Source: Carcharhinus amblyrhynchos (Eukaryota). Taken from it: 64,000 bases of DNA. Below the pieces are notes generated by a model that had not been told where the DNA came from, made no database searches, and worked only from the letters and a program-made list of their open reading frames with translations. The stretch is from contig OZ336895.1 in NCBI GenBank assembly GCA_965287045.1, forward strand, positions 31,806,001 to 31,870,000, in the 5' to 3' direction. The first letter of the stretch is position 1; the number at the start of each line of letters is the position of its first letter. A program made the position numbers and the translations under genes. Shown one piece after another: positions 12,451-26,305 of this stretch.

Positions 12451-13671
12451 TGTGGTCTGAACCCAGATCCTGAAGCTGAAAAGTTTGCCAAAATCTTGCT
12501 GCCGTTCACTATGGCGGGATCTTAACTTCCTGCCATGGCGCACACCTCGCTGGTGAGGGAAGTGTTTAATGGGAAACCCCATTGACAACACAGGACCATG
12601 AGATCCCATCACCAGCGAGCAGCATGCCACCTCCCGCTGACACAGACAGAGAGAAAAACCCAAACCGTTATAATTAGCTCGCTACGCAACTCCGTGTTTC
12701 CTTCATTTTGCTTTTGACAAAAGGAATCAGAAAACAACACAGCAAAGCACAGCATCTAAATTGGGTATTCAGTGACTGGTACCTTGTAGAACACAGTTCT
12801 GACAGTTAAACTCAATAAGGTGGTTATGGTGTTATTTTGTTAATTCTCTGTGGTATTGCTTACTGAGTCATTCCACATCAAGTGAGCCAGTTTAAGCTAC
12901 CTGTTTAAAATCAGATCTTCGTTCCTGTAAACAAAGCAATTTTCAAAATGGATTTGTGCAAAAATGTACCATCTCTGGGTCAAATCAATGACTGTCAACA
13001 ATGAATATGCTCCACAGATGAAACTAAATGAACTGAATCAAAGGGAATAATGATTGCAAAATGACTACTGTGGTCTGCACATTGTTCCCCAGTCATTCAT
13101 ATGTTGAAACAAGTCTTTATTTCTGTAGTAACCCATTTTGAAAATGGATTTGAAAATGGGAATAAATAGCATGTTTAAATTCACAGTGAATGCAGGGTCA
13201 GTACCTTTGATTTTGGCGACAGCTTTATGTGATCCAGCCTTTTTTGCAAAGTGCATAATATGCAGACGTGGGGCTTTGTAATGTAGAAAGAGATATTCAA
13301 CAAGGACCGTCTCTGGGACAAGTATTATTCATAACTCAGCATCATTCATGTGAATGATTTGGCCCTTGGAACAAGGAACTCAGGGTAAAAATTGGCAGCT
13401 GATATCAAAGGGTGATGCAGTTGGAGATACAAAAACTGCAGCGTGTGGAAAGGCATGAGAAATGTGCGAGCTGGCCTGTTAAACTGCAGCTGAACTTCCC
13501 TTAAATACAAATGTGAGGCTGGTTAGGAAATTAGAAACATAACCTACACCTTAGGAAATAAGAAAGTGAATGGAGCAGAAGTATGAAGAGATCTCAGAGA
13601 TATGTAGTGAACCAATCATTAAAAGCAGTTAAAATGCAATTTATTTCTAGAGTAATGGAATTCAAAAGAAA

Positions 13672-13935
13672 AGTTTATTTTATTAATGTCACAAGTAGGC
13701 TTATATTAACACTGCAATGAAGTTACTGTGAAAGTCCGCTAGTCACCACACTCTGACACCTGTTTGGGTACATTGAAGGAGAATTTAGCATAGACAGTGC
13801 ACCTAACCAGCATGTCTTTTGGACTATGGGAGGAAATCACAGCACCTGGGGGAAACCCACACAGACACAGGGAGAGTGTGCGGATTCCAGCCAGACAGTG
13901 ACCCAAGCCCTGTCCCTGGCACTCTGAGGCAGCGG
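13672..13935 (-). mobile_element. V-SINE, type B
   Basis: Same type B tail, degraded head. Confidence 0.85.
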
Positions 13936-14296
13936 GGCTGACAAAAACAATTTTTATGCGAAACTTGCGTCGGAGCCTTGTCTGGCCAGCTGAAGAACTA
14001 CACCATCTCCGTGTCATAAAAAGGGTATCGGATGCTGGAGAAAGCATTTACATTGTAAAAGTTATTTACAAGCATGACACCAGATCTGAGAGGATGCAGC
14101 TGCCAGGGAAAATTGAACAGGTTGGGGTTGACTCTTTAGAAAGGGGGAGATTTAGAGCTGATAAGAGTTCGTTCAAATTATGAATGGGTTGGGCTGATTC
14201 TAAAAATGGATGTGAGGAGGAGAGAGGAGGATTTTTTACAGGCAAGGGGAGACCAATTTGGGTGCGTGCATGTGGAAAAAAATTACCTTCAGGCAC

Positions 14297-14594
14297 TGAT
14301 CCCTACAGTGCAGAAGGAGGTCATTTGGCCCATCAAGTTTGCACTGACCACAATCCCATCCAGACCATATCCCCATAACCCCGTGCAGTTATCCAAGCTA
14401 GTCCCTCTGACAGTAAGGAGAAGTTTAGCGTGGCCAATCCACCTAACCCACAATCTTTGGACTGTGGGAGGAAACTGGAGCATCTAGAGCAAACCCTCGC
14501 AGACACAGGGAGAATATGCAGACTCCACACAGACAGTGACCCAAGCCGGGAATCGAACCTGTTGCTGTGAGGCAGCAGTGCTAACCACTGTGCC
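14297..14594 (-). mobile_element. HE1-like V-SINE, type A
   Basis: Head, V-domain and CR1-like tail. Confidence 0.9.
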
Positions 14595-14595
14595 A

Positions 14596-15085
14596 ACCTT
14601 GCTGCCCTGGCCCATTGGAGGCAAGTGGGAAGCCCCCATATAGTTGTCAGGTATGGCTCTACTCAGGCAATCAAGTTCCATTTTAACGGAAGATTCCGGA
14701 TTTCACGGACAGCCCACCTGTTTCCCAAGCTGTGTGGAACTTGCCAGCGTCAGCAAGGTGAGTCTACATCGGGGAGTGCTATCTCGATGAAATCACTAGG
14801 CTGGGCGGGCTTCTGTTCAGCTGGAATTGAAGAGCTCCCCCCATGGCCCAGGTGAGAGGTTACTGCTCAGAGGGCACTGTCACTGCTTACTGGCTGGTTG
14901 CCACCTACTCAGAAGTCACTCTGGCACTTTATTCAGCTTTGGCTGCACATTCCTGCTGGCAGTCTTCACCGATACATGGAGCAGAGAGGAACAGCAACAC
15001 CAGCAGCATCAAGGGCAGCACCCGCTGCCTTTGCCCATCAGAGGGTCCACAGACGGAGGAATACTTCTGTCAATCAATTCTGAGC
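14596..15085 (+). mobile_element. Possible PIF/Harbinger relic with decayed transposase N-terminus
   Basis: HQRVHRRRNTSVNQF resembles the RVYR-R motif at the start of vertebrate Harbinger transposases. GC-rich subterminal-like sequence lies upstream. Confidence 0.4.
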
Positions 15086-16044
15086 ACTAGGACTACAGGA
15101 GACTCAGTCTTTTACAGCAGAGTGTTCCCAACATCTGCAGCCTCCTTCCCAGTGGCTCTGATGGGCACATGTTGCCAGTGACTGTATACCAATTCCAAGC
15201 TAGTTAATGAGGTGTGAAAGTAAACACTGATACTTTTATTGATAATAGGTTTATTTACAGAATGCAGCATTATGTATGTCTGCTTCTTAACAACTAACCC
15301 ACTGTCCCAGCAGCCTCACTATATAGGGTAGAATTTTACTCTTTCCCCACCCCTGGTGGGTTCTGAGGTGGGCGAAGAGGAGGGAGGGAGTGTAAACTTG
15401 TATGGATGGAATTCAGCCCAGGATCCTGCCCACCTGACAAAGGTGCTATTTCATAGTAGGGCTTCAGATGGAAAACCTGTTCTTTCATTTATTCAGACCC
15501 ATAAGTGGCCACTTTAAGTACTTTTTACCTGCCCAACCTCAATTTCTTGGCTGGCAGATGCCACTTGGAGCAGGGCGGGTAAGTGAAAGAGAAACAATTC
15601 TCCATCTTGGGTGGGAAGTGGGCAGGGGTGAGAATTCATCTCAATTTGAGGGCCCCTTCAGATTTGGGGCAGCATCCCCTCCAGGACCTGGGAACTCTGA
15701 GCCACCCTCCCACCCTGGCCTACCCCAGATGCCATAATTGTTCCCACCCCTACCTCAAGTGAACCCCCAACCCTCCAGGGCTTCCCCTATCCTCCCATCC
15801 TGGGAATCTACCTCACGTACGTCCTGGGACTTAAGGCAGCGTGCTACCCTACCTCTCCTGGCTACTGCAACGCTGCGCCTGGACTGGAAGGGATCAGTGA
15901 GCCAATCAAATGGCGGCCGGGTAGTCAGAGCACCTGCCCATTGCCAATCAGAGCTCAGTCGAGTGTGTTATGGGCAATGGGCTTCTGGGAGTCACGGGAG
16001 CATGTTCTGTGCCAACTCTCAGGATGGCGAGTGCTGACTGCTCT

Positions 16045-17830
16045 CCATACTCCTTTGAGTACACCCATGAAATAAAGTAGACTAATTAACACATCAACCA
16101 ATTAAACAATTTGATAGCACCTTAAAGGGGCACTGTATCTAGTTATACTTTTTTGAGTATACTGATAAAAATAAGTAACAAATTAAATGATTAGCCAAGC
16201 CAGTTAAACAGATTGATGTTCTCTTGAAGGGTACTGCAACAAAAAACAAAAGGAACCTTACCAGATCAAACTAATATGTTATTTTAGGGGCTAATGAGGC
16301 ACTCCAGCCCCCAGGGTGCCCACTGGTCAAAAGAGACCTCGAGCATACCAATACACACTGCCAGACACTCCCTCTCTGGGGACACCTGGCTGCGAATCTA
16401 GCCAAGGAAGAGGAACAGACAGTCGGACTGGACAAATCCCTTGATTGAAGGGGAGCCGGAGGAACAGGAAGAGCCTGCAACTGCTGTAACCACAGCATCC
16501 CTTGGGATGAGGTGCAGCCCCTTTGAAAAACTACAAATGGGCTGTCACCTTGTGCACCCTGTGCATGAAACACTGAGGCTGGAATTTTACCACCTTGCCC
16601 AATCCGGAATCGGGACAGGCTGGGCTCGCAGAACGGAATTCTCCGTTGGCCTCGGGTGGGATTTTCCGAGCCTTGCCCGAGTGAGGTAGTAAGATTCCAG
16701 CCCAAGTCGCACTACAGTTGAACGAATTTAGTTAATTTAATTAACAAATTAAAAAATTAAGTGAATGTGATAGTCCTTTAAAGGAGCCTAATACCAAATA
16801 GATAAGAGTTTAAAGGAAAGTTAAACTAAATCGAAATATCATTTTTGGGGGCTAATGATGCATTCCATCCCCAGTTACGGAAGGCCACAAGCGAACCAGT
16901 GGACAACATGTCTTTCTTCTCCAGGGACACCCAGCCATGAACATAGCAGAGGGACAGACAGACAGTCAGGCTGGACAACTCCCTCGACCGCCCGCTACCT
17001 CAACCTGTAAATGGCCACCTCAGCCAAGCCCAGGTTTGCAGTGAGGCCCTTCCCCCATACTGAGTGGGCACAGATCAGGAGCCTGGGGCAGTGCAGCCGA
17101 AACTTGAGGAATAGGGGCTGCAACTCACGTAGGCTTCGTGTTAGCACGGAACACTTTCATTAAACTAATTAATCTGAGGGGAAAAAAACTAATTACAAAT
17201 TAAATTAAAGTGATAGCCATTTAAGGGGGCACAGTCTCTCTTCTTAAGCATACCAATAATTAGCATATTAAGTAACCAAGCAAATTGACGGTTCCTTAAA
17301 GGGACATCTTCTATTTAAAAGAAAACTTTCCAAAATAACATTGTGAGAGCTAATGTAGTGATCCAGCCCCTAAGGTTGCAGCAGTCACAGAAGTCTCTCT
17401 TTACACTCTTCTCCGTACCTGTAACACAAATGTAATAGTCCCATTGAGATCAAACAAATCGCTAGCCCCCACGGAGCACTGAAACAAAAGAAAGAAAATT
17501 GAAGGAATTGTATCAAGTTAAACTAACATGTCATTTTGGGGGCCAAATCTTAGTTTATACCCATCTGAAATAAAAACAAATGATTAGAGAAAATAAACAA
17601 ATGAAAGCAGGATGTCAGTCCCTGGAGTCTCACTATACACTCTGTCGAGTTGATCAATTAATCAAGCAGCTAACTTTTTTAAAAAGCCCATCTAGGCAAT
17701 AAACCAAGTGATAGCCCCAAAGGGGCACTGTAATGAAGGAAAAGAATGAAAGGAACCATTACCAAATTAAATCAAGATGTCATTTTATGGGGTGAGGAAG
17801 CAGTCCAGGCCTCTGGGGTGCCCACATACG
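16045..17830 (-). mobile_element. Head-to-tail stack of about 7 Tx1 (L1-clade) 3' ends
   Basis: Decayed ORF2 ends GFVQSDCLFLFLG*IRSQVSPERE...DQWAPWGLECLISP and LHCPRLLICAH...LGLAEVAIYR..RAVEGVVQPDC. A 3' UTR motif of the form gatagc.c.ttaaaggggcac recurs seven times. Confidence 0.8.
16577..16703. mobile_element. Harbinger-type MITE
   Basis: TIRs ggctggaattttac ... gtaagattccagcc. Confidence 0.75.
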
Positions 17831-18798
17831 TCTCACTTTATGTATATGCTCTGGATACTTAATTAAAAAATGCTCTTCATCTGTATATCTTAACGAACCA
17901 TTAGCACCACCCACCCCCACCTTCATTAGCCAGATAACTCAGAAACAGGATGCTAATGTTGTGGCTCAGTGTAAACACCATGACAAGGTCCCCTGAAGAA
18001 TTTAACAGATTACTGACCACTGCGGCTCCTGCCATTTCAGCAGGGACCAAGGCCAGACTTTTCCGACCGTTCACCCCAGCGGGATTTTCTCATCCCGGAG
18101 ATTTGGCTTGTCGCCAAATTGTCTCACCTTTGCTGCAGCGGGAGGATGACGCAAACGGGCGGTAAGATCGTGCCTTAAATCTTAAAGATTCTACGTGGGG
18201 GAATTCAGAGCTCGGGGCCATGTGTAGAAGATAATTCCTAATAAGTCCAACGGAGAAATGTCTCTGCTTGTGAGTGGTTAGAATGTGGAACTCGCTGCCA
18301 TGAGAAGTGGCTGAGGCGGGTAGCTGAGATGTTTTGGGAAAGAATAGACAGATACACGCAAGGAAAAAGACATAGAAAGATGTATAGGGATTGGCTAAGA
18401 TAAAGTGAATGAAATGGGACCATGTGAAGCGCAAATGCCAGCACAGATTAATGAGGCCAAATGGCCTATTTCTGTACATTCTATACAGTTCTCCCTAATT
18501 AGTGACATGACAAGATATAAGGAAACTCACTGGCTGTGAGTCTCCAATCTCCTACACTGTCATGACTGCTTTTTGGTTATATCTGCCATTCTAGGTTGCA
18601 AAGATGAGTAAATAGCTGTACAAGACAGGAAGCAAGCAATAATGCTTTAGTTGTGTTTGTCCTCTCCGCACAGTCTTGCTCCTATTCTGAAACGTGTCAC
18701 AGGAAGTTAGCAAGACAAGAACTTACGAGCTAGTTAAAGGCTACCAATGAATAACTCGCACAGGGGTGTTTGGGCATGAAATTGCGCACTGGGCGGAA

Positions 18799-19020
18799 GG
18801 GTGGCACTGTGGTTAGTGCTGCCACCTTACAGCGCCAAGGACCCGGGTTCGATTCCCGGCTTGGGTCACTGTCTGTGTGGAGTTTGCACGTTCTCCCTGT
18901 GTCTGCATGGGTTTCCTCCCACAGTCTGAAAGTGACAAAGTGTGGCAACTAGGGGAATTTCACAGTAACTTCATTGTAGTGTTAATGTAAGCCTTACTTG
19001 GCACTAATAAATAAACTTTA
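18799..19020 (+). mobile_element. V-SINE, type B, internally deleted
   Basis: Intact head (ggttcgattcc B box) and type B tail. Confidence 0.88.
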
Positions 19021-19609
19021 AAAAAAACTTAATAATGAGCCAAATAATAAATATTTGTCCAGGTAGTATCTCGTTAGCCACTGAGATATGGGAAAGGAAG
19101 ATTTGTAGAAGCAAAGAAAGACTTCCTCTTCGTCCATTGTCCTTTTCCCACTGCCAACCCCAGTTCAGAATTCTCTACTGCTGATCAATCTTTCTGCTGT
19201 CCTAAATATATTTGCTTCCTTCAAATTTTTATTTAACCAGCACCGCACCCCCTCCCCCCCGATAGTTTGAATCAATTGACATCAACAGCCACATTCTCTA
19301 TAATCATATCCTTTTGCATAGAAAAAGCTTAGCAAAACCTCCCTGGTTATGTGGGTGCACTGAGAAAATTTCCTTCGGTTGCCATTTTGATTGGCAAACT
19401 GCAAGAGCTACCGACAAAATTAGTCATGAGCCATGTTCACTTGTTTGTTAACTCCGCCATCGCTACGTTAGAAGGCTAGAGTCACAGATCAAACCATCTC
19501 TGAAATGTTGCTACATCGTGTTGCCAGCCTGTAGATGAATTGCTGAACTGAGATTCCATCTCCCTGTTGTGTGAAGGTGAAAGCTCTTGTGGCATTATCC
19601 GTACTAGAA

Positions 19610-20093
19610 AGCATCTTATTAAACTAGAAGGAGTCCAGAAATGATTTACTAGGATGCTACCAGGACTTGATGGTTTGAGTTATAATGAGAGGCTGGATAC
19701 ATTGGGACTTTTTTCTTTGGGGTGTAGGAGGCTTAGGGGTGATTTTATAGAGTTCTATAAAATAATGAAAGGCATAAACAAGGTAGCGAGTCAACATATT
19801 TTCCTAAAGGTAGAGGAGTTTAAAATTAGAGGGCATAGGTTTAAGGTGAGAGGGGAGGGATACAAAAAGATCAAGGGGCAATTTTTTCACTCAGAGGGTG
19901 ATGAGTGTCTGGAATGAGCTGCCAGAGGCAGGTTGGCTTTTAAAAAGTCTTTAGGCAATTACATTGGAAGATGGGTATCGAGGGATATGGGCCAAATGCA
20001 AACAATTGGGACCAGCTTAGTGGTTAAAAACTGGGTGACATAGACAAGTTGGGCCAAAGGGCCTGTTTCCATGCTGTAAACCCCTATGACTCT
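19610..20093 (+). mobile_element. CR1 LINE 3' fragment
   Basis: MLPGLDGLSYNERLDTLGLFSLGCRRLRGDFIEFYKIMKG plus 3' UTR. Confidence 0.9.
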
Positions 20094-20124
20094 GTGCCTG
20101 ATTCCTATTGACTGCTTCCTCGCT

Positions 20125-20470
20125 TTTTTTTCACTTATTCTTTGGGTGTCACTGACAAGGTCAGCATTTATTGCCCTTGTCTAATTGCCTTTCAATTGAA
20201 TGGCTGGCTGGGACATTTCAGAGGACAATTAAGAGCCAGAAATATTGCTGTAGGTCTGGAGTCACATGTAGGCCAGACCAGGTATTGACAGCAGATTTTC
20301 TCCCCTATACAGCTTTGGTGAACCAGATGGTTTTTACCACAATTGATGATAATTTTATTGCCACCATTAATTCCAGACAAATAAATTTAGTTTAAATTCC
20401 ACCATTGCGGCATAGGAACAAGTGTTTCCAGCACAATAGCCTGGATTTCTTGTCCGACCACATTATCACT
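20125..20470 (-). mobile_element. SINE family 3
   Basis: Reverse complement of the family 3 core and tail. Confidence 0.75.
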
Positions 20471-21084
20471 ATGCCCCCAGGGTTCAACCCCAGCCATATC
20501 CTATCAATGGATCTCAATCTTCATTGAAATTTTTGGAGCTAAAATATGCCCATCCCCGCCTCAAAATTTAGAATCTAATTAAATCCTCTGTGTTTCATTC
20601 GTTTGTATCAGACACTTCACCATGTAGTGATCTCACATTATGCATTCCATTGGGATGCAACTGTTAAGTTTCCATAACCTGGGAACTATTAGCACCTTTA
20701 AATTGATGAGTGGAAAATTGTGTGCTATTTTAAAAGTTCACGTTTGCCAATTGTCCAGCAAAGATTTAATTTGGTGCTTTTAGAAAAATAGTCCAAAGAG
20801 CAAATTAAATCCTCGATGAAAATTGTCTATGATCTTAGATTTATTAAAAACAATTAACATTGTGTTTTAATGAAGCTCAACAACTTCCACTTACAATAGA
20901 ATTCAGTCTTAATTAACACGATTTGACGATAGACCTTCAAGTGATAGGGTGTCTAAAGGGAATACATTTTGTTGAAAGGTCCTTCAATCTCTGTCTAAAA
21001 TAGTTTATTTAAATATTGCTCAAGACAAATTCCTTTGCCAATGGAGCCCTTTTGGATCCAACTCCCTCTCAAACCATCCTTTTA

Positions 21085-21374
21085 AAAGTTAAAGTTTTAT
21101 TTTATTGGCAGGCTCACATTAACACCGCAATGAAGTTACTGTGATAATCCCCCAGTCGCCTGTTCGGGGACACTGAGGGAGAATTTAGCATGGCCAATGC
21201 AACTAAGCAGCATGTCTTTCTGACTGTGGGAGGAAACCGGAACACCCGGAGGAAACCCACACAGACACAGGGAGAATGTGTAGACTCCACACAGGCAGTG
21301 ACCCAAGTCAGAAGTCAAAGCCGGATCCTTGGTGCTGCAAGGCTGCAGTGCTACCCACTGTGCCACCGTGCCAT
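21085..21374 (-). mobile_element. V-SINE, type B
   Basis: Head, V-domain and type B tail. Confidence 0.88.
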
Positions 21375-21886
21375 CTTAATCCTAGTGACCTCACTGGTTG
21401 GAAGAAGGACTCCCAGAAGGAGTCCCACCCATTTTAATAGGAGCAAACAAATCCCATGAGAGCACACGAATATTAAAGATTCTGCAGGAGACCCTAACCT
21501 TAATGCAGAGAAAATCAAGCTACGGTTTTCTCACCCTTTCTTGTTGCCCACCCCATTTCCAGCCTTAAGTCTAGGTGTGGCCGGACACTGAATGTGTCAG
21601 TTCCCTGGACAATCCTCCTTCAAGGTTGCATTTTGTGTCAGCTGGTGCAGGTACCTGGTTGATCCTCTTCAAAGTCCTTACCTTAAAATGAAAACGGCTT
21701 CTTAGATGTGTTTTGGGTCTTCAATGGTTTGGTGTGTAAATGTATTGATCACATCGCACTCTATCACAGTGGCTAAGGTGCAATGTTTGTTTGTTGCTAT
21801 CAGTAAAACTGACCACAGGTAGTGCATGATTTATGGCACTGCAGCCGGCTTCATCAATCCTGGGGTTAGAAGAGAAAAATTCACAG

Positions 21887-22223
21887 AGTCATAGAATTCC
21901 TACTGTGCAGAAGGAGGCCGTTTGGCCCATCAAGTCTGCACTGATCCTCCGACAGAGCATCTTACCCCAGGCCCTATCCCCATAACCCCAGTTATTTATC
22001 CCGCTAAGACCTTAATCTGCACATTTTAGGACGCTGAGGAGCAATTTATCATGGCCAGTCCACCTATCCTGCTCATCTTTGGGCTGTAGGAGGAAACTAG
22101 AGCACTCAGAGGAAATCCAAGCAGACATGGGGAAAACTTCCAAACTCCACGCAATCACCCAAGGTCAGAATCGAACCCGGTCCCTGGCACTGTGAGGCAG
22201 CACTGCTAACCACTGTGCTGCCC
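21887..22223 (-). mobile_element. HE1-like V-SINE, type A
   Basis: Full copy, with an extra tail fragment at about 22270-22325. Confidence 0.88.
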
Positions 22224-24997
22224 CAGAGTCAAAATTGACCAGAGTTTCTATTCAATAATAGTGTAGAATAATAGAATTCCTACAGTGCAGAAGGAGGCCA
22301 TTCGGCCCATTGAGTCTGCACTGAACAGTGTGGAAAGTATGCATACATGAGCTACTGAAGTGAAAAGCTTCAACCTAGGCTGCGATGGTACTGCCTAATT
22401 TAAAGACTGATGTATGAAGAATAGTCACTGGGACAAAATATCAGAGTACTCGTTGCCTGAAAACACAACCTACAAATGGAGCCAGTGTCTTCTCAATATA
22501 CAGGTGAGAGACAAGAGGAGAGATGCAGTCATAGCTCCTGAGAATCTTTCTTGAATGACCATGGCAGTTCTACAGCCTGTGCATGCTTGATGAGTACTGA
22601 CCTTCACAGTGACCGTACGGTGTATAAAATTAACTTGGCTTGCAATGAAATGTCTTAACTCAGAGCAAGGTAGCATTTCATTAATACAGAACAGTATTGA
22701 TTTCCAACCTGTTATATGGAGCAGAACTTTACAATCTCACAAGGACCTTTGGACTAGACAGTGGGAGTAAGTTCCCAGCTTTCCCACTAAGTTTTCATGT
22801 TTGGCAAAGTTAATCCAGCAAATTATTCAAGATTCAACTCTCATGACTTGTTATTCAGAGCTGGGAATCTCATAGGAAATGTGGTTGACAGCTGAAGGAT
22901 AAGAGAGATTTGGAATAAGTTACCTGAAATTGTTAATAAAGCAACAGCATGAAACCAGGCAGAAGGAAACTCAGGCAATTCTTCTGTTAACCATGGAGAA
23001 GGAGAATGCCCGCTTCCCCTGAATGATTTACCTGCAACTTAAGAACCTTTGAAAAACAAAATCTCTGAGATGCTTGTGTGCAGTTGAACAGAGCAAAAAG
23101 TTCACAGGATTTGATAAGGAGGCAGATTAGTCGGATTGAGATCAATGAAATAAAGAATATGCTTTAGGCATTATGACCTTTTCCTGTCCCCATGCACCTC
23201 ACCAAATCGCATACACTCTTGATATCCAATAAACGATGTGTTTGACCCCATTCCCCTGCATTGACTGAAAATAGATGCTTTTCCTGGCATATCTTCCATT
23301 ATCAAACTGTATAGAAGTATCTATGACCCTCTTACGAATCTATTGTGTGCAGAAAGCAAGGGAAATGGATTGTTAAAGGATTTCACAAATACCGTATAAT
23401 TTTCACTTTGTTGTGTTACGTATTGATTTTTTAAAAGTTATTATAAGGTTCTGCCCCCACCAAACCCACACCCCCCCACCCCGGCTCCATAAAGTACCTG
23501 TAGAAAACTTATAGCTCAATATTCATTTGAAATTTATCTTTCCTTCACCTTTGAATTGTTACTCCACGGGCAGGGTTTTGAATCGGGATCCTGAAATGAA
23601 GGTCATGACCCCACACTGTGTGACAATCCATCACCAGCAGTGATTTTCCCTGAATTAGTTAATCAGTGCTCAAAGAGGCAAATGTAACTTAGTAGGGGTT
23701 TGGTGGTGGTGGTGGTGTTGTTGCGGGAGGGGTGGGGGGTGGGTGGATGGTGTGTGTGGTTGGAGGGGTGTGCGTGCGGTTGGGGAGGGGCGGGCTGAGT
23801 GGACATTCAAGCTGGCCTCGGGTAGTGGGATCTAGGTAATGGGACATGTGTTGGCATAGCAGGGTGTGAGCAGCCATGGGGGTGGGTGGGGCAAAATGGG
23901 TTGGCATGGCTGGGGCATGCGGCCTGTGGAGGTTTGAAGGGTGAGAGCTCGAGAAATAATGTGTTTTATTATTATTTTTATTAATTTAAACATAGTGCCA
24001 GAGCACAGATGCAGGTCTTCCAACCAGTCCATCTCCACGCCTAGCAGCCTCTGCAGTCGTTCCAGGGTTGGCCACTCTGACCCCTTATTTTAGCCCACTG
24101 CTCCCTCCCCACCATCACACCGCCAACCTCCTGACTGAAAACCCCACCCATGGGTGGCCATTTTTAAAAGTCAGGCTCGCCAAGCTTGGAAATGTCCCAA
24201 CTATGCGAGCCCGACCCAGGGACGAGGCTCAGGGCCTCTGTTTTCCTTCCTCTACACAGATGCTGCCCAGGCTGCTGACTCCTTTTCCAACATTGTCTGC
24301 TTTTTGTGTCTCAAATAATTGTGGGGATATCCACATTTTTAGTCAAATTGTTGACTGAGACAGGAAGAAAGGTGGGCACAACGCCAGCTTTTCCCGCCAA
24401 TTGTTAAGATCTTTGAAAAAGAGAAGGTGCTTGAGATGGATCCCACTGCATCCCACCAACAGGTGAGCCCACCCCGTCGGCAACCTTGGATTTCCAAAGC
24501 AAGCCTTCTCAGCTGTACCCCTCCCCCTCCTCCCTGGCACTGCCCAAGCTCTGCCTGGTTCATGTTAATCCAGACCTGTTTCAAACCTTGCCAAAGTGAT
24601 GTCATGCCGTCTGAGAGGGGGGGAGGATTTCCCTGTGTGGTGGGTTGTACAGTGGGAAAACCCATTAATAAGATTTAAATGTATTTAAATGAGGTTCCTG
24701 GGTGGGAGCAGTTGCATCCTGAAATCACACTGGCAAAATTCTTGGTTTTTGCCTCTTGTGGGATTTTGCACCCACTTTGCCATTTGCCCCCAGGGCAAGC
24801 ATGCACGCAAAATCCTGGCCACTATACCCCTAAATAAAACATTCACACGCTCAGCATGACAGTTTGGAAACATGACTGAAATAAGAATGAAACAAGATAA
24901 TGCTTGTACAAACTAATCATCCAAAAATACTTCATTTCCATTTATGTAAACTCTACAGCAAGAAATGGTCACTTTGGCGCCCATAGTCTTAAGAACC

Positions 24998-25290
24998 GGC
25001 TGGCACAGAGGTTAGCATTGCTGCCTCATAGCACCAAGGAGCTGAGTTCGATTCCAATGGGTCACTGTCTGTGCGGAGTCTGCACGTTCTCCCCGTGTCT
25101 GCGTAGGGTTTCCTTCGGATGCTCTGGTTTTCTCCCACAGTCTGAAAGACGTGCTGGTTAGGTGCATTGGCCATGCTGAATTCTCCCTCAGCGTACCCGA
25201 ACCGGCACCGGAATGTGGTGACTAGGGGATTTTCACAGTAACTTCATTGCAGGGTTAATGTAAGCTTAGCCGTGACACTAACAAGCAAAC
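24998..25290 (+). mobile_element. V-SINE, type B
   Basis: Head, V-domain and type B tail; many CpGs retained. Confidence 0.9.
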
Positions 25291-25299
25291 TGACCTTAA

Positions 25300-25585
25300 A
25301 TCAAGGGCTCCATTTCCCTGATTAAGTGGATGCAAAAGATCCCTTAACATTGTTCTGAAGAAGAGTAGGGGAGTTCTCCTCAGTGTCCTAATTAGTATTC
25401 ACCCTCAATCCATGTAGCTGGTAACTATCACATTGTCATCAGTGGGAACTTGCTGTGTGCGAGTTAACTGCAGAGCTTCCTGCATTACAACAGCGACCAC
25501 ATTTTGAAAATACTTGATTAACTACGAAGTCTTTTGAATAGGCCAGTGATTGCAAAAAGCACTGCATAAATGCAATTCTTTTTTT
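25300..25585 (+). mobile_element. Deu-domain SINE (SacSINE1/AmnSINE1-like), 3' part
   Basis: aaaagatccc...gaagaagagtaggggagttctcc...gtgggaacttgctgtgtgc...cattacaacag...ataaatgcaa. Confidence 0.75.
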
Positions 25586-26305
25586 CCCCTGATATGACTA
25601 AATCGTCATTAATTAATCCATTTCAGAGATGCTGCTTTTAAGTGGCTGTCACACTGGCAATAATAAAAACAAGAAAGCAGCTTACGAAAAGCATCAAGGT
25701 GCTTTATGCTAAATGCGAATGTTAATATGTGAATTTGAGTCTTTTTTTCTTCCGTTTCCAGCTGTTAGATGCAGGCTGTGCATGCAAACTTACCCTGAGC
25801 TCCTTAACCCTGGAACTGTGAAGTGCCAACCTATTCTCCCAGCTGTGGTAATGATCCCAGTGTGCAGATCACTGGGCACGCAAATTATTTATAAGACGCT
25901 GGCTGGAAGAAAGAAGATCTCAGTTACACAGTTTGTACAGTAATACTAGGAAAAGATATGCATGTCAACACAGATCATGATATCTACATCTGCCACTGAT
26001 CCATGTTATTTATAATATTCCATATTGCAACTTGCCGTTCTGAGTTTAACTCCACAATTATTCCTTTCTAAAGTACGCAGCAGTTATTTAAAATTATAAC
26101 TGCCCTGTCAACATGGATTGCTCTCCAGTTACCCACAACATTCCTCAATCAATCCATGGACTTTCTATGTTGGCTGGGTGCTTACCCTGCCTTACTGCAT
26201 CCGATCCAGAATAAAAAGTGGGCCAGCAGCAATTACTTATATCTGCGTCTTTTTATTACTACTTCTGAAGATACAGGCGGTGCCTTTTATTTTGATTTGA
26301 TATGT

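Noticed and set aside
18799-18870. tRNA genes at SINE heads (also about 60774-60860 and others)
   Set aside because: A/B boxes continue directly into SINE cores and tails; I see no complete cloverleaf.
23690-23930. G-rich tract and Pro-rich ORF (similar at 36540-36905 and 43780-43970)
   Set aside because: Low-complexity interiors of decayed transposon-like sequence; no coding signal.
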